IMG/VR virus record: IMGVR_UViG_3300027747_004323
Source of the DNA: an uncultured virus (IMG/VR IMGVR_UViG_3300027747_004323)
Lineage: Duplodnaviria > Heunggongvirae > Uroviricota > Caudoviricetes
DNA: 20,000 bases
Direction: 5' to 3' (one strand)
Shown here: in pieces, positions 14,527 through 20,000 of the stretch
Numbering within the stretch: position 1 is the first letter of the stretch
Layout of the letters: every line of letters begins with the position of its first letter
Position numbers and translations under genes: made by a program
Notes under the pieces: generated by a model
Told to the model about the DNA's origin: nothing
What the model saw: only the letters and a program-made list of their open reading frames with translations
Databases searched by the model: none

Positions 14527-14829
14527 TTACACCAAATTCGTCTTCTGAGACTTGAGAGTGACCTTTTTGACGACGGGTTTAGTGACATCGATGTACTGCA
14601 TGGGAGACGCCATGATCCTGTTGAGGACCTGCTCCACCTTCTCGAGAGGCTCACCAAGCTCTGACTTGACCTTCTCAGATGAGCTTTCCTTGAAGGCCTC
14701 GATGGCGCTCAGGAGCTTCGATGTGCTAGTCATGATCTTGGCGGCGGTGTCGTGGTCCTCGCCTTCACGGAGATTCTCCATCTCTTCACGTATGATCTTC
14801 TTGAGTGTGTCTAGCGCGATCTTGGGCAT
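14527..14829 (-). CDS. Small protein (100 aa) with shared N-terminal peptide
   Basis: MPKIALDTLKKIIREEMENLREG; SD GAGGA; lies between terminase and portal. Confidence 0.8.
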   Translation of the reverse strand: MPKIALDTLKKIIREEMENLREGEDHDTAAKIMTSTSKLLSAIEAFKESSSEKVKSELGEPLEKVEQVLNRIMASPMQYIDVTKPVVKKVTLKSQKTNLV

Positions 14830-14847
14830 TGGTTTCCTCGGGTATGC

Positions 14848-14860
14848 TAGGTATATGTAT
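14848..14860 (-). promoter_or_regulatory. Possible late promoter (overlapping ATACATA / ATACCTA variants)
   Basis: One-mismatch variants of ATAnTTA in the intergenic gap after the terminase gene. Confidence 0.4.
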
Positions 14861-14864
14861 CGCC

Positions 14865-16496
14865 CTACTTGTAGAGCCAGGAAAAATCTGTGACGTTGCC
14901 GTGCTTCACCGACTCTGAAGGACGCGGCTTGTTCACGTTGTAGGGCGTGAATCCCTGGATGTGCGGGTTGGGAACGGGTCTCACGTCGTTGATTCCTCCC
15001 GGGAGGGACTCCATTCCCCTGTTTCCTCTGGCAGTCGCCTTCAGCATCGCGTATGCCATGTTGACGGACTGCTCGCTAAATGCAGTGTCACCTGACACAA
15101 GCCACGCTCCTATCGCGAGGCCCATGATGAGGTCGTCGTGGGCGTCTTTCGCTGCTTGAGCCTTCGAACCGTTCCACACGAACGCCTGTAGCTGGTCGTA
15201 AAGACGCTGTGAGTACGTCTTCAGTCGACCGTTGCGTATCACTTCCTCCAGCTTCGTGAGGATCTGATTTCTCGTCTTCGTCTGCGTCGAGAATCCCGGG
15301 ATCGTCTCGGGATCGGTGGGACGATACTCGAAGACGTCTCCGTTGTGATTCGGGTAGTAAAGCCTGGGATATCCTGCGTCTCTCAGCTTCACACACGTGA
15401 AGTAACCGAAAGTGTTCTGTTCGGGACAGATGAGAGCATCGTTGTACCGCTTTCCGTAATCGGACAGGAGGTCGGCCAATCGGTCGGGAGGTATCTTGCC
15501 CATGAACTCCGCACAGACTTCGCACGTCTCGTAGTCGATGACGTGGAACGTCGAATAGTCGCTGGAGTCGCCGCGGGCGACGTCGGACGACAAGACGTAT
15601 TTCTTGCCCAATTCTGGGTTCCTCCAGATCCAGACTCCGTTCTGCGGACCTTCCTTGACGGTCGGGAGCCTGATCATGTCCCTGAGCTTCTCGAACTCAG
15701 AGGGCTGCAGGAACGTGTCACCAGAAGAAATGAAGTCGCACAAGAACTCTTGGGCCACCTTGCGCTTCGGTAGGTTCTTCGTCTCCTTGTCGAACCACTC
15801 CTGATCGTGTTCGGGATGTACCCACCACGGAAGCCTGATGGTGTTGAAGTCGTTGGATCCGGCCTCAGCTTCAGTCCAGAGCTTATAGTACTGACCTCCC
15901 ACACCGTTCGGTGTCGAGAGTATGATCGCAGAACCTCCGGTGGACAGCGTCGGATAGAGTGACGTCCAGATCTCGTCAAAGTCTCTGATGAATGCAGCCT
16001 CGTCGACGATGAGAAGAGCGAGTGCCTCAGATCGACCTGCATCGGGTGACGTAGGAACGGCCGTTATCGTCGAGCCGTTGTCGAAACGGATCGACTGCTT
16101 CGTCGGATCGAACTTCGTGAGGAGAAGCCACGAAGGAAGGCCGTCGAGCATCGTCTTCACCTTCTTGATGAAGTTGATGGCCGTGTTGAGCTTCGTCGCG
16201 ATGACAAGGATGTTCTTGTCCTTCTTGAAGATGGCGTACCAGACGACATAGGCAGCCGAGACCGTGGAGAGTCCCAACTGTCTAGACTTGAGGACGATGT
16301 TGAAGCGGTGTTCTTGGAACTGCTTCACGCAGTCGTCCTGGAAATCATACGTGTCAAAGGGTATGAGACCGCGGAGCTGATGCTGGATCTTGCAGTACTT
16401 CTTCATGAAGTACGATGGGTCTTTACCACACTTGAGTATCTCGGCGACCATCGCCTGCCGAGACATCGGAGCTGTTGTGCTAGAATTGGACGTCAT
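14865..16496 (-). CDS. gp17: Terminase large subunit, T4 gp17-like
   Basis: Walker A KSRQLGLST, Walker B LLIVDEAAF, motif III STPNG, nuclease DVARGDSSDYS and HDDLIM. Confidence 0.96.
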   Translation of the reverse strand: MTSNSSTTAPMSRQAMVAEILKCGKDPSYFMKKYCKIQHQLRGLIPFDTYDFQDDCVKQFQEHRFNIVLKSRQLGLSTVSAAYVVWYAIFKKDKNILVIATKLNTAINFIKKVKTMLDGLPSWLLLTKFDPTKQSIRFDNGSTITAVPTSPDAGRSEALALLIVDEAAFIRDFDEIWTSLYPTLSTGGSAIILSTPNGVGGQYYKLWTEAEAGSNDFNTIRLPWWVHPEHDQEWFDKETKNLPKRKVAQEFLCDFISSGDTFLQPSEFEKLRDMIRLPTVKEGPQNGVWIWRNPELGKKYVLSSDVARGDSSDYSTFHVIDYETCEVCAEFMGKIPPDRLADLLSDYGKRYNDALICPEQNTFGYFTCVKLRDAGYPRLYYPNHNGDVFEYRPTDPETIPGFSTQTKTRNQILTKLEEVIRNGRLKTYSQRLYDQLQAFVWNGSKAQAAKDAHDDLIMGLAIGAWLVSGDTAFSEQSVNMAYAMLKATARGNRGMESLPGGINDVRPVPNPHIQGFTPYNVNKPRPSESVKHGNVTDFSWLYK

Positions 16497-16876
16497 GCAA
16501 TCTCGAATATCGTCTTCTTTCGATAATACGCCGTCCTCTTGGGATTATGGACGTTGAATCCGATAATCTCGAGAGAGTCTGTGGCACTGACTTCCTTGAC
16601 CGTGAGCGTGTCACCACAGAGAGCCTTGTAAGAGTCCTTGATCGCCTTGACGTGGGCAGCTACGACTGATTCCGACTCTTCAGAGCAGTTCCTCTTCATG
16701 AGTATCATCTCTTTCTCGGAGACGAAGTTTGCGATCACCTGATACGACGCAAGGAGCCTGTCGCCTCCGAGCAGCGTGAACTTGACTGAATACGAGGCGG
16801 TCTGAGGAGTGGAAGATCGTCCCCATGTCGTGTCGATCGCCTGTCCGAGAGCGTTGATGTTTAGAGCTTTGGGCAT
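16493..16876 (-). CDS. Hypothetical protein (127 aa) coupled to terminase
   Basis: Start reassigned to MPKALN at 16876 behind SD AGGAG; ATGA overlap with terminase; CTATTTA promoter-like element at 16894-16900. Confidence 0.75.
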   Translation of the reverse strand: MPKALNINALGQAIDTTWGRSSTPQTASYSVKFTLLGGDRLLASYQVIANFVSEKEMILMKRNCSEESESVVAAHVKAIKDSYKALCGDTLTVKEVSATDSLEIIGFNVHNPKRTAYYRKKTIFEIA

Positions 16877-16892
16877 GTATGACTCCTGTGTC

Positions 16893-17174
16893 CTAAATAG
16901 GAACTTTCTTGCAATTGTTCTTAACTTCCTCGGACGAAGGACGCCAACCTGAGTTCCACCTCTCCACGTCGGCATATGCCCAAGTAGAAGCACAGTTGTC
17001 GCAACACCTGAATTTCCTGTATGCCTCCTCGTCGTAGTAGGAGTGCATGATGTCGTCGCAGACGGGGCAGAAGACAGGCTGTGCCTCGAGAGGTTCTACG
17101 GGTCTGATCACGTAGAAACCTTCGGGATGCTCTGCAATCAGCCTGTCCTTCATGTACGTCTTCCATTCCATCAT
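16893..17174 (-). CDS. Small Zn-finger-like protein (93 aa)
   Basis: Start MMEWKTY at 17174 (ATGA overlap with the upstream stop); CPVC...CCDNC and WNSGWRP. Confidence 0.75.
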   Translation of the reverse strand: MMEWKTYMKDRLIAEHPEGFYVIRPVEPLEAQPVFCPVCDDIMHSYYDEEAYRKFRCCDNCASTWAYADVERWNSGWRPSSEEVKNNCKKVPI

Positions 17175-20000
17175 GAGTATTCCACCTTCGAGTCCTTCTC
17201 CGACTTCGTGATCTCCAGGATGTGGTCTGCAGAGTCCTTGATGCCGTCGACGTGCGTGATGACGATGATCGTCTTGAAATACCTCTTGAGAGAAGTGAGG
17301 AGGCGACTGCAAGACTCGACGCCGGCGTTGTCCAATGTGCCGAAGCCCTCGTCGATGATGAAGAAGTCAGGCTTCGGTAGAGAAGAAACGTTCACCATTG
17401 CCACACGCAATGCGATGGCGGCGACGGTCTTCTCCATGCCGCTGCACAGCTCTATGATCCTTCGAGAGTCACCGTAGTTGATGTAGATCTCCAGAGTGTC
17501 GGTGTCCTCGTCGCTCTCAAGCTCGATCGTGAAGTCGACGATTCCCTGGAGTATCTTTGAGACCTCCGCGTTGATCAGAGGGAGTTGCGACTTCGTGACG
17601 AGGAGCGGTATTCCCTTCTTGGAGAATGCGTTCGCCACCAACTCATGGATCCTGACGTCCTGTAGGAGGTCGTCCCTCGTCTGCTTCTCTTGCGTCAGCT
17701 TCTCCATGTTCGAGAGCAGCTTTCCGTGCTGCGAAGCTGCGTCCATCTTGTCCGCATCCATTCGCCTGATTAGGTCAGACAAATCTTGAATTTTGGACCG
17801 TATGGAAACCACTTCCTCATTCTCCTCATTATTCACGGCCTCCTCGAGGTGTCTCAGCTTCTTCTTGGCGTCTTCGAGAGACGACCTGCAGGAGTCGCAG
17901 GAAGACTTGAGCCTCTCGATCTCCGTCTCCTTGCGCGAGATCTCGAGGGACATCTTCGCCGCGAGGGCGACTGCCTTGTCGTGCTTCGAGATCTTCTCCT
18001 GAAGGGACGTGTCGTGCATCGCCTCCAGCGCCGCCTTGGCGTCATCGAGGACCTTGAGCGCGTTTGCAGTCTTCTTCTCTTGGGTCGGAAGCGACTTCTT
18101 GTTTGAGTGTGCGTCTTTGATGAACTTGCACGTGGGGTAATCGTCGCCGCAAGGTACCTCGTCGAGGATCTTCAGCGACTTCTTTTGCTGAGTGACGAGG
18201 GCTGCCTCTTTCTCGTGGGCATGACGAAGCTCAGTGATGGAAGTCTCTAGGGACCGCTGTGCATCGATCTTCTTCTTCAGGACTTCGATGTCGATTTCAT
18301 CGATGACTTTCTGCAGGGTGTCGACCTTCGTCTGCAGGCCCGTCACCTCCTCCTGCAATTCCAGTATGTTCTCGATGCAAGTGTCGGATTTCTTCTGCAG
18401 GTCTTCCACACGACGCTTCTGCGCATCGACGTCCGACTGTGTCACAGGACTTGCGTTGTGCCTGGAGAGCTCCTGTCTCAGGAGACTAAGAGAAGTCTGG
18501 TTCTCGCTGATCGATTCAGAGAGCGTCTTCATCGTCTCCTTGTGGTGACTGATCAGTGATTCGTTCTGGGTCCTCAGTTCTTCCCAGTTCCTGTCGGGGA
18601 AGTTCTTGAGCTGCGACTTCACTGCGGTCACCTCCTTCGAGGCGATGTCGTGGAGCTTATCGAAGACGTCGAGGTCGAGGAATCTCGACAGGATGGACCG
18701 ACGCTTCGTGGATCCCTGCGAGATGAAGTGGTTCGTCTCTCCCTGGGCGGAAAGGGACGTCATGAGGAAGTCGTCTGATAGACCCAACAGGGTCTTCAGC
18801 GTCTTCTCGGTGTCGGTCCTCTGTTCTCCGCAGAGGTCATCCATCTCGCCGTCGTCTCGCATCTTGAAGAAATTGAGTGCCGTAGAGGCAGAAACTACGC
18901 CCTTCTTGTTCGTGCTCTTGGTGGTCTGACGCTCCAGGACGTACGTCGAAGAGTTGTGGTCAAACACCACGCGAGAAGAGCAGTACGGCTTCCTGACGTT
19001 GCAGACGTTGATGTTCTTCATGGGACCTCGATCGGTCGTGTTGAAGAGGGAATACATGATCGTGCCCACGATGGAAGACTTGCCCGTCCTGTTGGGTCCA
19101 AAGATTCCTACGATTCCTCCGAGTTTCTCGAAGTCGATGACGTTGCCCTCTCCGTACGAGAAGAGGTTGTCCCACTGGATGTGTCTCAACGACCACTTGG
19201 AATTACGGGCTACGTCCTCTGCGGACGAGACGGAAGATAGGTACTTCTTTACGTTGTCGCCGATCAGTTCGAAGTCTTCAAGAGAGATGTCGACGTCCTT
19301 GTAGTAGTCCTTGAGGAGCCTGACCATCACGTCAGGCGACCGCAGATCCGTCTTCACGAGCGTCGAAGCACCCGCCTTCACGACCTGTTTGTCGATCTGG
19401 TGCTCTGACTTGTATGTGACTTCCGAGGCGGAAAGAGACGTCCTCAGCGTCTCACTGAGGACGTGGACGTCGTCCTGCGTGAGCTGTACCTGAGACCTGA
19501 TTCGGATCCTGCTGCCCTTGGGGCACTTTTTGGCAGCTGCCAGCGTCTTCTCGAGGTTTCCTTCCCAGTCGATCGTGAGAAAAGGTTTCGTGTTGGGCAG
19601 CTTCCTCGTTTCCACCGTCCAGTCTCCTGATTCGAGGATGCTCCAGAGCAGGTAACCATGATCCAGTTGCTCGGCGTAATTCTGCTGAATGGGAGTGCCT
19701 GGGTAGGCGATCCATGGTTTCCCGTCCCTGTAAGCCAAGGACTGTGGCTTGTGGATGTCTCCCAAGAAGCAGAAGTCGTAGTCCTTGAAGAAGTCTGAGG
19801 TCATTCCTTCGTCGATGTCCCATCCCGTCTCCGTGACCGAGCCTCTCACGGGTCCGTGGAACGTGGCGATGTTGATGTCGCCTGGGACGGGGGCGACATC
19901 CTTCCAGCCCTCCTCGTCGAAGCAGGAGAAGACACACCAGTTGTAACCCTTTGCGAAGGGATACACTCCACTCTTCTTGTAGAGATGGACCTTGGGATTT
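17171..20000 (-). CDS. Fused SbcD/Mre11 nuclease - SbcC/Rad50 ATPase (gp47-gp46-like), 5' end beyond window
   Basis: Phosphoesterase motifs TFHG, LGDIHKPQ, YPGTPIQQNYAE in the same frame as Walker A GPNRTGKSS, a long coiled coil, signature CSGMEK, Walker B IIDEGFGTLD and VITH. The frame stays open from 19966 to the window edge. Confidence 0.93.
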   Translation of the reverse strand, partial: NPKVHLYKKSGVYPFAKGYNWCVFSCFDEEGWKDVAPVPGDINIATFHGPVRGSVTETGWDIDEGMTSDFFKDYDFCFLGDIHKPQSLAYRDGKPWIAYPGTPIQQNYAEQLDHGYLLWSILESGDWTVETRKLPNTKPFLTIDWEGNLEKTLAAAKKCPKGSRIRIRSQVQLTQDDVHVLSETLRTSLSASEVTYKSEHQIDKQVVKAGASTLVKTDLRSPDVMVRLLKDYYKDVDISLEDFELIGDNVKKYLSSVSSAEDVARNSKWSLRHIQWDNLFSYGEGNVIDFEKLGGIVGIFGPNRTGKSSIVGTIMYSLFNTTDRGPMKNINVCNVRKPYCSSRVVFDHNSSTYVLERQTTKSTNKKGVVSASTALNFFKMRDDGEMDDLCGEQRTDTEKTLKTLLGLSDDFLMTSLSAQGETNHFISQGSTKRRSILSRFLDLDVFDKLHDIASKEVTAVKSQLKNFPDRNWEELRTQNESLISHHKETMKTLSESISENQTSLSLLRQELSRHNASPVTQSDVDAQKRRVEDLQKKSDTCIENILELQEEVTGLQTKVDTLQKVIDEIDIEVLKKKIDAQRSLETSITELRHAHEKEAALVTQQKKSLKILDEVPCGDDYPTCKFIKDAHSNKKSLPTQEKKTANALKVLDDAKAALEAMHDTSLQEKISKHDKAVALAAKMSLEISRKETEIERLKSSCDSCRSSLEDAKKKLRHLEEAVNNEENEEVVSIRSKIQDLSDLIRRMDADKMDAASQHGKLLSNMEKLTQEKQTRDDLLQDVRIHELVANAFSKKGIPLLVTKSQLPLINAEVSKILQGIVDFTIELESDEDTDTLEIYINYGDSRRIIELCSGMEKTVAAIALRVAMVNVSSLPKPDFFIIDEGFGTLDNAGVESCSRLLTSLKRYFKTIIVITHVDGIKDSADHILEITKSEKDSKVEYS

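Noticed and set aside
16493..16876. Small terminase call for the gene upstream of the large terminase
   Set aside because: Position fits but no recognisable gp16-like motif; left as hypothetical.
6014..19493. Many short plus-strand and alternate-frame ORFs (for example 6426-7139, 12281-13123, 12174-12800)
   Set aside because: They overlap well-supported minus-strand genes and have the Ser/Arg-rich composition of shadow frames in GC-rich DNA.
1..20000. Alternative genetic code (stop-codon reassignment), as in some large phages
   Set aside because: Core genes are full length under the standard code and TGA, TAA and TAG all end genes.

Overview
Fragment of a large, GC-rich, T4-like (Caudoviricetes) phage genome. 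All credible genes are on the minus strand. In transcription order (right to left): a fused SbcD/Mre11-SbcC/Rad50 (gp47-gp46-like) nuclease-ATPase that runs off the right edge, a small Zn-finger protein, a hypothetical, large terminase (gp17-like), a small protein, portal (gp20-like) interrupted by a 376-aa HNH-type intein, a conserved head-module hypothetical, prohead protease (gp21-like), four small probable head proteins, a 705-aa acidic scaffold (gp22-like), and major capsid protein (gp23-like) with an intrinsic terminator. Downstream is an accessory array ending in a flavodoxin-like gene that runs off the left edge. The most notable pattern: at least seven otherwise unrelated proteins share an N-terminal peptide (MK-h-T-xxx-LR-x-hhREE), usually followed by an LxE-type protease site. 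Four of them sit in tandem cassettes with an ATA(G/A)TTA element 5-6 nt before the ATG and no Shine-Dalgarno, two sharing a 31-bp upstream repeat. This suggests a modular system of leaderless late promoter + capsid-targeting peptide + variable cargo. All family calls come from motif recognition by eye; no searches were run.
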